Part shown: piece by piece, positions 53,501-64,000 of the stretch
Layout of the letters: each line of letters opens with the position of its first letter
Numbering within the stretch: position 1 is the stretch's first letter
Assembly: GCF_041956535.1 (NCBI RefSeq)
Contig: NW_027192216.1
Span: 323,970 to 387,969, forward strand
Source of the DNA: Calcarisporiella thermophila CBS 279.70
Lineage: Eukaryota; Fungi; Calcarisporiellomycota
DNA: 64,000 nt
Direction of reading: 5' to 3'
Program-made: the position numbers and the translations under genes
The notes under the pieces: model-generated
The model's database searches: none
What the model saw: only the letters and a program-made list of their open reading frames with translations
What the model was told of the DNA's origin: nothing

Positions 53501-56046
53501 GTACCCCTGCGTGCCTTCCGCTGACCACCGATCACTGCCCGACAAAAGAGCAGCTTGGAAGCAACAGCTTTATGGCCTATACTTACACGATTTCTCCGGG
53601 GGAGGAGCAGTTGAGCGAACGGGCCCACGACTCGCAGAAGCAGCTGCAGTATCTTTTGGACGAGCTTGTAGGGCAGCGTCTAGCGCAAGGGTTTCAGCTG
53701 GTGTCCTCCCCTAGTGGAGCAGGCGCCTCCGGGCAATTTGGAAGACTTTTCAAGAGATCCAATGCTTTCCAAGCGTCCCCCCTCTCAAGGCGCTTTGTGG
53801 CAAGCGTAGCCATGGAGAAAACCAAAAGTACTGAGCGAAGAGGTAGTCGGGACGATGGGGCGACGAGTCTCTTCCCCGCACAAGCCTCCTATACGCTGAC
53901 GCTCGGGCATCACGTGCACGAGCTTCGAACCGACTACGCCGACCAGAGCATCGAAGTGAAACGCTATATACGCAACTTAGCGTACGACGCTACCGCGGAA
54001 ATTCGATACGCGTGCGCAGTATGGCCCAAGGGGCACGATAAATTCCACCCGCGATTTGTCAAATTCTTCCCCGGGGATTTACAGCGATTCGATTGGAATG
54101 CGCTTGACCTGTGGATCTGCGGCTATAGGGTTGAGCAGATCACGGCGCCCCAGCGGTATTGGCGGATCAGGTTCCTTGTGATACCGACGGAGATACCCGC
54201 GGGCTCTCCCGCCACGGGCGCCGGTGGCGCCATGGGCTCCGGGGGAGAGGTGTATTCGGAGGAGGAGATGCGAGTGGAGTGCTATCTGAAGTTTTTAGAG
54301 CTCTTCCGAAAGGCCAAGCTCGGAACCCAGGACGAAGACCGCAAGCTTAATGGAAAGCGAGAGAAGGTAGGCGCACGCTCACTTAGAGAGTGACTTAAAG
54401 GTTGGGCCATTTGCTGAACTCTCTCCATTTAGCCGAATACCCAGCTTCGCATCGTGTTTACCACCATGACACCCGCGGCCTATGTGACGCAGGAGCTGCT
54501 GAATATTGCCGAAACCAACTCGTCTTTAGTCCATGTCGGGCCCCACCCATTTCCCCATGCCGCCTCCCCGCTCACCACCGACACAAGGGTGGACAAGATC
54601 ATGCACGCCCTCCAGAATGGGGTCATTATTTCGGATCGCCGATGGGGCTTGCGCGAGCATCGGCAGGTCTTTGTCGGCAGTGACCTCGTCGACTGGATCC
54701 TACGCGAATTTTCGGATATCGACACGCGGGTCGAGGCTACCAGGTTTGGCGCGCAGCTATTGCGCCGAGGCCTCATCGAGCACTCGCGACGACGACATGG
54801 CTTTCTGGATGGATTCTATTTCTATCGGGTGAAACCGCCCTACGCAAAACCCGACGGCGCCAGCGCAAGGCAGACGCTGGTGTCCCACTCGATCATGGAG
54901 GTCTCGACCGCGGCGAGCGGGGGGGGTGAAAAGGAGAGAGGATTGCAGAAGGCCCGGCTCTCCATCCAGCGGCATCTCTCCAGCCCAAGCGTGAGCAGCC
55001 CGGGCGGCTTTAGTGAGCCGGCGCAGAACACCATCAGGATCCAGCTCAAGATGAGCAATAGCTTTGACGCAAGCGTGGATCCTTCGCGCAAAAGCGACCG
55101 CAAAGAAATCATCACCGTGCACTACCCCACCATCCTAAGCGTGCGCAACTGCTATCACCTGCACTTCACCTGGTTGGGCACGACCACTCGCCTGATCGAC
55201 GAGCTGATTCGCTTCTGGCAACACCAAATGGAGCGCTTAGGCCTTCGACTTGTCGAGGCGCCGGTCGAGCAAGCACCCTATGACGCGTCCGACCAGGGCT
55301 TCAACGACAACCCCTTCGCATCCCCCATACCCATTCACATCAGCGTGCCGCCGCCCAGCCAAGAGGAGGTGAAGCGGAGGCTTGGGGTTGAGATCAATTT
55401 GCCTTGGCTGTTCTGGGAGTGCGAGCTTCTGCGCCGTCATGATTTTCTCTTGGATAGAGAGTCCGAATCGCGCTACCCCTTCACGGAACCCACCTCGTCC
55501 AAGCTGGCCCCGGGCACCCCTCTGGCTGAAAAGAAGGATCTGGACCAACCGGATTGGTTCAAGCACGTTGAACTGAACCGGACCTACTCGTACCAACGCA
55601 CCAAATACCTCTACACGCAATATGTGCATCGATCCGGCGTAGGTCTAGTGCAGATACGAAGACCGTGCGAATATCTCTGGATACAAAATCACCTCTTTTT
55701 GTCACGTCTATCGACCTTGGCCCCGTCTGCCCCCTCTAACGCGCCTCCAACTGCGATCTCCAACCCCAGTGTACCCGGGCAGGGCAGCTTTCCATCCGGT
55801 GGCTTTAACAGTGGCTCAGCCCCCGCGCTTGGGAACACCACGTCTGTAGTGAATATTGCAAACAATCCAGAGTACTACAGGCGCTGCTTGCAGGAGCTGT
55901 GCGAGGACAAGGAGAGGATGAGGAAGTTTTGGGAAGAGAGCTTGGACCGGTTGGCGGAAAAGCCGGCCGTGCGCAGCTGGAAGGAGCGAGGAGGGGTTCC
56001 ATCTATGCCAGACATATTGGTGGAGGACATGGTGTTGAATGATTGA
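50519..56046 (+). CDS. IML1: Iml1/Sea1/DEPDC5 GATOR1-SEACIT subunit; multi-exon
   Basis: [65 protein letters not shown], DEP domain (FVGSDLVDW, FLDGFYFY) and QYVHRSG. Confidence 0.96.
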
Positions 56047-57100
56047 GCACCACTCCAGTTACATATCCAAACATGATTTTCCCCATCCGTTCTTCGACCT
56101 GGCATTTTCCTAACCCCCATATTGAGTTTCTGATGCTTCTATTTTATTTTATTCTGGTTTGTACATCTCACTGCCGTTCATATGTATGGCCTAGGTCTGC
56201 CTTACCCCATCTCAACAATATAGGGTGTCTCGAATGTTTTTGGATTTTTTTTTTTGCCATTTTTCCATTGTAAAGCATAGCATTTGTCTTTTTTTATGCG
56301 AAGTGAACGACTAGCCCCATAAATGAGCTAAAGTGAATCTATAGCTCCAAATGAAACGAGGATGTGGATTTCATTCTCGCTATTTTGACCTGTTTGCCCC
56401 TTTGCGCATATGTGCTAAACCCCTTTCGGCCGGCTCTGACATATTGGCGGGATTCCCTCAAAGCTACCACTGTGAATTCGGCATAGCTGGTTTCGGGTGC
56501 TTATTGGAGAGCCACTGAGAAGGTGAGCTGCTGGAGGCGCTGTTTTGTTAGGGCCTTGTGGATGGCTCAGCGGGTGGCTTTCATCGAAATATACACTCTA
56601 CTCTGAGTAGTGCTGGGGAGCTAGAAGCGGAAAAACTGAAATGTAAATCCGTGGTGGGGGTGTCAAATCACCTTCAAGCTCTTCTCGTTTGCTTGTGAGC
56701 TAGAGCTAGCTTCGGGCTAGCTGCCTGTGAGGCCACTTAGGCTAGCAGCTGCTCGTCTGGACTTGACACTGGGCTCCTATCGTCCTAGAGCGCCAAATCG
56801 TACGATAGGGAGCCATTTGGGAGGATTCCTCCTCCGAGCTTTCCATAATAGATTGGGTCTTTCTCCAGCTCGGTCATGAAGTCACGTATAAATTGGGGGA
56901 GATTTGTACGCTCGTTGAACTCGCCCTTTTAATTTCTAGCATTCAATCGTTTGTTTTTTTTTCCTTCTCCGCTTAATACACTTTTTTTCTGCCTTCTTCT
57001 CTCTCCGAAAAATATCAATCTGAAGAGAGTTCATCTGTTTATTTATTTTTTTTTTTTTTTTTTTGCATTTTCGATTATCTTCTGACTCCACTACCCGATA

Positions 57101-58094
57101 ATGTCCAAGGCTCAATTTCTACGCGAGTATAAGCTGGTAGTCGTGGGCGGTGGTGGTATGTGTCCATTTCCAATCCTTCACCAATAGAGATTTGACCACT
57201 AACGGCTGCTCTTTTATTCTTATCCGCTCGACTCATGGCATTGATCTGAACAGGTGTCGGTAAATCTGCTCTTACCATCCAGTTCATTCAAAGCCACTTC
57301 GTCGATGAATATGATCCCACCATTGAAGACTCCTATCGCAAACAGTGCATTATCGACGAAGAGGTGGCGCTTTTGGACGTGCTAGACACCGCAGGACAAG
57401 GTTGGTTCCGGTTTTTGCCTGTGTGAATGTTCGATTAATTTATGCATTTCCTATTTTGCTTGTTTACTCGTCGGACAGAGGAATACAGGTAAGCCCCGAA
57501 AAGAATGTCTAGAATTCACCTGTTAAATCGTGATCCCTATGACTAACATTCTCATCTTGGCAGTGCGATGCGTGAACAATACATGCGTACAGGTGAAGGC
57601 TTTTTGCTAGTGTACGCAATCACTTCACGCTCATCTTTCGAGGAGATCTCCATGTTCCATCAGCAAATTTTGCGTGTCAAAGATAAGGATTACTTCCCCA
57701 TGTGCGTTGTTGGGAATAAAAGCGATCTAGTTCATGAGCGGCAAGTGTCGTACCAAGGTAAATGAGAATTTATTTGTATTTATTTTTATCTTTCTCCTTC
57801 CCTTCAATCCATTGAGATGCATTAATCGGCAACCTCATCTAATTCCAACCTATCTCTCTGATTCCATTAGAGGGCAAAGAACTGGCGCGATCATTCCAGT
57901 GCCCCTTCCTTGAGTCATCTGCAAAGGAGAGAGTCAACGTGGAGGAATCGTTCTATGAGCTCGTGCGTGAGATCCGCAAATACAATAAGGAGATGGCTCC
58001 TGGTGCGCGACGCGGCGAAAATGGCGGCCCGGACAGATTCCAGATGGACGAGGAATATGGTGGCGGGAGCAAGTGCTGCTGCGTGGTGATGTGA
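57101..58094 (+). CDS. RAS: Ras small GTPase; 5 exons including a 10-nt microexon
   Basis: [68 protein letters not shown] and CAAX box CCCVVM. Confidence 0.97.
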
Positions 58095-59087
58095 GGAACA
58101 TTTATATTTATATTTATATAAATATAAGTTATAGATATTGAAAAGAAAACCTAATCATCAGCTGGTATATTTTTCCACGTTTCCCTCGAGATATTAAAAG
58201 ATAAGCGTTAACAATGCTTTAGATTCCGCTTTTCATCTTCCCCCCCTTTTTTCCCCACTATTTGATATTACCCCCTTCATTTCACCTAGCCCTTCTTCTC
58301 CCCCCCCCCCCCCACACTAGCTAATCATGTTTCGATTGTTTCTCCTATTTCCTTTATATTTTCTGTGTGCGTATTTCTCAAATTTTGTTTTTTTCCTATT
58401 CTTATTGACTTCTGACTTATTAATCTTAAATTTTTTATTATAGTTTTACAGTTTAATATATTCATTTTTCAATCTATTTCATTTGCTAGGCGGGGTTGCA
58501 TCCTGCCCCTAAATCACCTCCAAGCTTGTAAATCCTCCCCCTGCTTTACCGGAGGAGTTTTAATCGCTCGGCTTAGCAGCTCGATGTGAAAAGAAATCCT
58601 CCCCGCTGCGCAATTCCGACACCAGAACAAGTGTCACTGTCCAGTCATGACGTACGAGAATCCATCCCTGCCATGTCTGAGTATGGAGTCCTGTCGGCTA
58701 TGCTATCCACGGCCGAGTATCTGTGGCTTTCTTGCGGAGATTGCGACTGATTAATGGGCGGGGCTCAATCTTTCGGCCACGATGGCTGTACTTTGTGGGA
58801 AGAGATCTCTCTTCGAGTACCGTCTGCCCCCCCCCCAAGTTGCTTTGCACTTGGCGGATTCCAAAAAAGGGAATGTCTTGCAATTTAGGATTTATTATCA
58901 CTCTTCAGACTATACAAAAGAGAACCAGATAGCAGGCCCATTGGAAAGTAAAAGAACAATAAAAGAGTATTCGAGGTGTGATATTCGAAACAGCCAACAA
59001 ACCGATGAGTATTCTGTACAGGAAAAAAAAAAAAACTGTATGAGAGTCTACACAGCATTAAAGAAGAGAAGGAGCGCACGGCCGAAA

Positions 59088-60401
59088 TTAGGCCCATTCG
59101 AGCGCGGTGTATACAACGCGTGTCTTTCGGAAGCCGTTGAAAGTTGACGCGGCACAACTGGTATAAGCACCCATGTTCTCCCATGCAAGCCAGTCGCCGA
59201 CGTCCATCGTGGGGAGGTTTGCATCGCGCATCACACAATCGATGGAGTCGCAGGTGGGGCCCCACACACTGCACTTCTTTTCCGACCCCCTCTGGCCCTG
59301 TTCGTCGTCCGGATCGCCCTGGCTTCTGTTGAGGGCGAACTCGCCGCTCCGCTGCAGCACGCTGGGCTGCACCTTTTGGTGATCGAATATGATGCAGTTG
59401 AAGCTCCCGTAAACCCCGTCATTAATATAATACATGTCTTGGTCGGAGGTCTGGCGGCGGGCTATGACCTGGGTCGCAAGGGTGAAAGCGGAAGCGACGT
59501 AGTACCTCCCCGGCTCGCCAATGATTCTAACCGAGTGGGGGATATCCTGGATGGCGTCGCGCAGCACGGCTGCCACCCGCTCAAATGTGATTCCGTCTCG
59601 AACGTTGGCGCCGGGGAATCCACCCCCCACATCGAGCAGCGAGCACTGGAAGCCACATTGCTCGGCTTCGGTAAAAACTCTGCGAGCTCTCTGGACAGCG
59701 TCTGCAAAGGCGCCCTCATCAAAGCAGCCGCTTCCCACGTGGAAGCTCACGCCCACGACTCGCAGCCCCAGCTCCTTGGCAAGTTCCAGAAGCTCCCGAG
59801 ACTTCTCCGCGGGCGCCCCAAATTTCGTGCCAAGTTGGCACACCGATTTCGAGTCGTCGGCCAGCACGCGGATCACCAGTTCCACGTCGGGATAATGCGC
59901 CGCAACCTTGCGCAACTCGTCTGCATTATCAAACGTCATCATCCCGATCCCCTGCTCCCGGGCATAGCGGAGGAAAGAGACCTGCTTGCAGGGGTTGGCG
60001 TAGATGATGCGCGAGGCGGGAACTCCCATCTCCAAGACTTGCTCGATTTCGCCTTTACTGGCGCAATCAAAGCCGTTTCCAAGCGCGGCCATTAGCCTCA
60101 GTACGGCCGGATCCGGGTTGCACTTGACCGCATAGAAGGGCTCAATGCGAGGAAGCAGCTGCTTCCACTTGCGATCCTGGCGCAACACTTCACCCAAGTC
60201 GGCAACAAAGAAGGCATCTCCAGCGTCGGCATCATCGGTGGCTCGAAGCTGAAGGCGGAGGGCGTCTTGAACCGAGAGTGGAAGAACCGGGGGGAAAGCA
60301 GATGTATCCTCTGGAATGAAGGAAGGGGACAAAGCCTCGGCGAAATGGCGTTTGGCGGGAGTTAGGTGAGTGTTGATGGTGATTGGCCCGGCAAGAGACA
60401 T
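59088..60401 (-). CDS. SPE1: Ornithine decarboxylase, uninterrupted CDS
   Basis: PFYAVKCN (PLP lysine), FDCAS, FHVGS, LDVGGGF, EPGRY, DGVYGSFN, WGPTCDSID (catalytic Cys) and GAYT. Confidence 0.97.
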   Translation of the reverse strand: MSLAGPITINTHLTPAKRHFAEALSPSFIPEDTSAFPPVLPLSVQDALRLQLRATDDADAGDAFFVADLGEVLRQDRKWKQLLPRIEPFYAVKCNPDPAVLRLMAALGNGFDCASKGEIEQVLEMGVPASRIIYANPCKQVSFLRYAREQGIGMMTFDNADELRKVAAHYPDVELVIRVLADDSKSVCQLGTKFGAPAEKSRELLELAKELGLRVVGVSFHVGSGCFDEGAFADAVQRARRVFTEAEQCGFQCSLLDVGGGFPGANVRDGITFERVAAVLRDAIQDIPHSVRIIGEPGRYYVASAFTLATQVIARRQTSDQDMYYINDGVYGSFNCIIFDHQKVQPSVLQRSGEFALNRSQGDPDDEQGQRGSEKKCSVWGPTCDSIDCVMRDANLPTMDVGDWLAWENMGAYTSCAASTFNGFRKTRVVYTALEWA

Positions 60402-60439
60402 CGTCGGCAGAGAAAGACGGCGCTTCTTCTAAGTAGAGA

Positions 60440-60507
60440 CTATAGGGGTTCGATTGGAGATGAGCAGGAGGTGCAGAGCAAGGGGGCAGCAACAGCCTTC
60501 GACGTAC
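60440..60507 (-). other. Putative 68-nt intron in the ODC 5' leader
   Basis: GTACGT donor, GCTCAT branch-like site and TATAG acceptor; upstream TATAAA near 60639-60644 on the minus strand. Confidence 0.65.
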
Positions 60508-61296
60508 CGAGAGGAGAGGAGGTTGGTGTGGTAGGCTTGAGAGCGACGGATATATCGTAGAGCAGGGCGGGGAGGAGATAGGTTATTAGAGAAGAGAGAG
60601 AAAAAAAAAGAGACGAAATCAATGGCGAGTATGGCCAATTTATAGATTATCACCTTTCTATCTCTGGGAGAGACACTTGTCAAAGCACAGTGTTTCCCCG
60701 AGCTGGTATGATCCTCGATTCCCAATCGATAATTGTCATTCTCCAATATCAATTAGGGGCCGAGGTACTTCGGTGTTAAGACCCTTTGCAATAAACTTTT
60801 AAAACCGTTTTTATTTCTTGGCTTATTGCGACGAATGATTTTCGACGACGAGGATCATTTGACCAAGATAAAACAGAACAAATCCCCCCAGCTTAATAAT
60901 GAGATGAAATTCGAGCGAATATTGCTGCGGATATGTACTGGCTGGGCAAAACATTCGTTAAGAACCGACTCCATCTCTCCAAAAATAAAATAATTTTCTT
61001 GCTTGGCAGATGAATAATGAGGATGCGATTTTTAAAAAAAGAAAAAAAAGGCTGGAAATGCGATATATTGAGGGAAAATGAGTGGACCCTTTATTTCAAA
61101 AAAAGGGTTCACCGATTTATCAAGGAGAATCAGAATCCCACCGCAGCGTCATCGGAAAAGTTTTCATCCCCGCTCAGCCTCCATTCTCTTGGTTGGCGCA
61201 GCCACCCCACGGATTGCCCAAGAACTATGGGCCAACTATTCACGTCTTAGTAAAGCCACGGAATTTTCATCATCCTGATAAACTGATCGGGCAACG

Positions 61297-63205
61297 ATGA
61301 GAAGGGGAATATTGTTCTGGATATACTGTGCATGCTGGTTGACATGCATGGTCTATGCAGAAACAGCGGTCATTGTAAGTACCGGTTGTTGAGAATGAGA
61401 TCGCATTAGATGGCGGACGAGATCCGATACTTATTTTTTCAACTACCCATTTCAAGACCATCAATGATTTATATCCCCAGAAATGCTCAGGCGTGTGGGC
61501 AGACGCATCGGGTGGAAGAAACTCTAGCATTACGTGTAGGAGCCTACAGAGAATTGAGTATAGCTCGGCCTGTTATTTCTTATGAATTCCTTGTTATAGT
61601 GACATTTGACGATGATTCGACTGGTGAACTCGCTGTTGTGATATACGATTGGACCGATTTCGATAAGCTGGGATACAAACCCGATAATTCATCTATTGTA
61701 ATGAAATCATTTACTGTAGAGGCTCATGGTTGCGAGATTTTTGGGATTCATTACCTAAACATTTTTTTTTATGTAGCCTTACTATGTTTGTGATGAGGAA
61801 GCGCTAGCTCGGGGCTACTGTAACTCATCCATGCGAGGTAGTTATATCATATCACCTGGGTATAACAATGCCATTATTACGCACGCGTTCAATCTTACAT
61901 CCGGTAGTACCGATCGCCAACTCGAATACTCCGTCTCCACTACCTCTTACTATTGTGCGGTTATATCCTTGGTCAGTGGATCAGCTAATTACCGCGCTTC
62001 CGTGCGCTGGCAACAGCCATACGGCGAACTCCCTGCTAGCGATTACCCAAAACTGGTCTACTTCCGAATACAAACTATCGCCCTAATTGCGATTGGTGCA
62101 TTCTGGCTCTTGCTATCATTCAGGTACTGGCGAAATATACTTCCTGTACAGGTATATATTTGGAAATTTTTTCTTATTCTGCTTCATATTATTCACCTAA
62201 TTTTTCCAATATCCTCTGCTGCACATGTATTCTGTAGAATTATGTCTCGATCGTGATTTTCATGGCTATGATACAGCACGCATTTACTTGGGCATACTGG
62301 AACGATTACAATATATTCGGGAGACCTTCATGGATCCTTCTCTCCCTCTCAGTAGTATTGAATGCGGCCAAAAACAGTTTATCTTTCTTCATGCTCTTAA
62401 TCGTCTCTATGGGATATAGTGTTGCAAAGTATGAAGAGTTACCTCATATCTTTGGAGGAGGGTCGTGATTAATACATCTTTTTCTATGTCAAACAGGCCT
62501 TCACTGGGGATCACTATGAAGAGATGCGCTAGTCTTGCCTATGCCCACTTCTTGTTTGGGGTCCTGTATGAGATCGGAACCACGTTAATGACCCCTGATT
62601 CTGCCACCATCCTCGCGCTTCTTGTCATCCTTCCTCTTGCAATCACCCTAACGGCGTTCTACACTTGGACACTGCAATCCATCAAAACCACAATCGGGGT
62701 TCTAGAGCTACGCCATCAAAAGCGCAAGGTCCGCATGTACCGGCGCTTGCACCTGGTCCTTTTGGTTAGCGTCTGGCTGATCTTCTTCATGTTCCTAGTA
62801 AATCTGGTCAACTTTATCGCTCGTGCAGCAGATCCGCTTGCCTGGTCAGCAGCCCATTGGAAATGGCGGTGGTTCCTTATGGATGGTTGGATGAATGTGC
62901 TCTATTTCGGTGTATTATTGGTAATTGTATTCCTCTGGCGCCCATCCCTTGCTGTGCAGACGGAGTTGGAGGAAGAGGAGCAGCGGGTGGAGGAGGAAGG
63001 ACTGGTTGGGGGTTCGGATCCCGCAGCAGAAGAGGTGGTTGGCCTGGAAGGCGTCGGTGGACGTGGGAGGTTAGGGTATCATAAAGTAGAAAATAACGGA
63101 GAAAGCGAGGGGGTGTTTGGAATCGGAGAGGAGGATTCCGACGAAGAGGTGCTCTCAAAGGGGCGAGGCGGAGATGAGAGCGACCAGTTAGCAAAACGCA
63201 TGTGA
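61297..63205 (+). CDS. PTM1: PTM1/GOST-family seven-transmembrane Golgi protein (Lung_7-TM_R); multi-exon
   Basis: Signal peptide; PYGELPASDYPKL, ILPVQ, KNSLSFFMLLIVSMGYSV and WKWRWFLMDGW...LWRPS; acidic tail. Confidence 0.9.
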
Positions 63206-63674
63206 TATAGTTACTTATAGAGCACCCAGTACGTGGCTTCTCGATGTTCCCTGATGTATTCGCACCCATCTCCTCACCTTTCTCTCATTTAGTATCGCTA
63301 CAGATTCAAGAAGAAAAACTAATTTTATTTTGTACAATTGTTTTGAAAATATTTCATTTGTTTTTCATTTTACTTTTCACCTGTTTTTTTTTTTTAATCG
63401 TTCGCCCTCTTCCATTCTTATTTTCTTGCGTCCTTGTTGATATGAATAAATTTGTAATGGTCTGACCCAATATTGTAATGTGTATAAGAGTTGGATTAGC
63501 ATACTCTTGGATGTTTTACTCAACATGAAGCTGGTGTAATTAGAAAGTCTCTTTATTTGTGCAACCATTATGTTAACAAGCCAATCTTTATTTTTTGAAA
63601 AATAAAAAACAATAAAAGAAAGGAAGATTTTTATGGATAGCTGTTCTTCTAACAAGGTATAAGACAGGGAAATC

Positions 63675-63984
63675 AACTGGCTTTTTTTTTTCTCCTTTGG
63701 GATGTATTTTTTTATCCACTTTATGAATTTTTATCTGAAGGGAATGCAAGGGTAGACTCCTTCGTCAAAATCACCCAGGCACTGCCCCTGACCTCCCATT
63801 TTTGTAGTTGGATTTTTCCTAAGGGATTTTGCTGCCTATTTTTGTAGCTGCTTAATGTTACTTATAGCTATACTATTGATAGGGGTTGAGTCCTGGGAAA
63901 AACCCGGCTAACTCTTATGGACGGGTGTCGCCTACGGAAATCGAACCCACCAACTAAGGGTTAGGGAAAAAAAATTAGCCAATC
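63675..63984 (-). ncRNA. Candidate telomerase RNA core (template/pseudoknot domain); unverified
   Basis: Template-like CCCUAACCCU (63957-63966) preceded by a U-tract and nested in P1/P2a/P2b/P3-like pairings; see findings. Confidence 0.35.
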
Positions 63985-64000
63985 ACATTTTTTTTTTTTT

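Noticed and set aside
58585-58775. RNase MRP RNA
   Set aside because: CR-V-like GGGGCTCA is present but there is no GAAAGTCCCC-type CR-I or clear P1. Kept only as a generic structured region.
63935-63982. tRNA-like A/B boxes on the minus strand (TGGCTAA, GGTTCGATTTC)
   Set aside because: No cloverleaf, an imperfect T stem, and a T8 Pol III terminator lies between the boxes.

Overview
Gene-dense, intron-rich eukaryotic DNA with short GT-AG introns of roughly 45-150 nt. The gene set (Ssn6/Cyc8, Iml1, Dop1, fungal-type Ras and ODC, plus multi-BRC BRCA2, Abraxas, ERH, a receiver-domain PDE and a TBL-like protein) suggests an early-diverging, non-Dikarya fungus such as Mucoromycota or Zoopagomycota; this is inference. 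I can support 23 protein-coding genes and one tRNA-Ser(GCT). Spans run from ATG to stop, with exons joined by eye. I see no transposon, rRNA or CRISPR. Base composition changes from very AT-rich (about 1-21 kb) to GC-rich (about 27-60 kb) and falls again at the right end. Best leads: (1) a candidate telomerase RNA on the minus strand at about 63.5-64.0 kb, with template, pseudoknot and P1 helices in vertebrate-like order; (2) a spliced, AUG-less upstream ORF overlapping the ODC start; (3) a RegA-like receiver-domain cAMP phosphodiesterase; (4) a plant-type TBL O-acetyltransferase homolog with both catalytic residues replaced; (5) a fungal Abraxas/ABRO1 homolog and a three-BRC BRCA2 with E2F/SBF-like promoter sites; (6) a high-GC PL38-like polysaccharide lyase. 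All family assignments come from motif recognition; no database searches were run.
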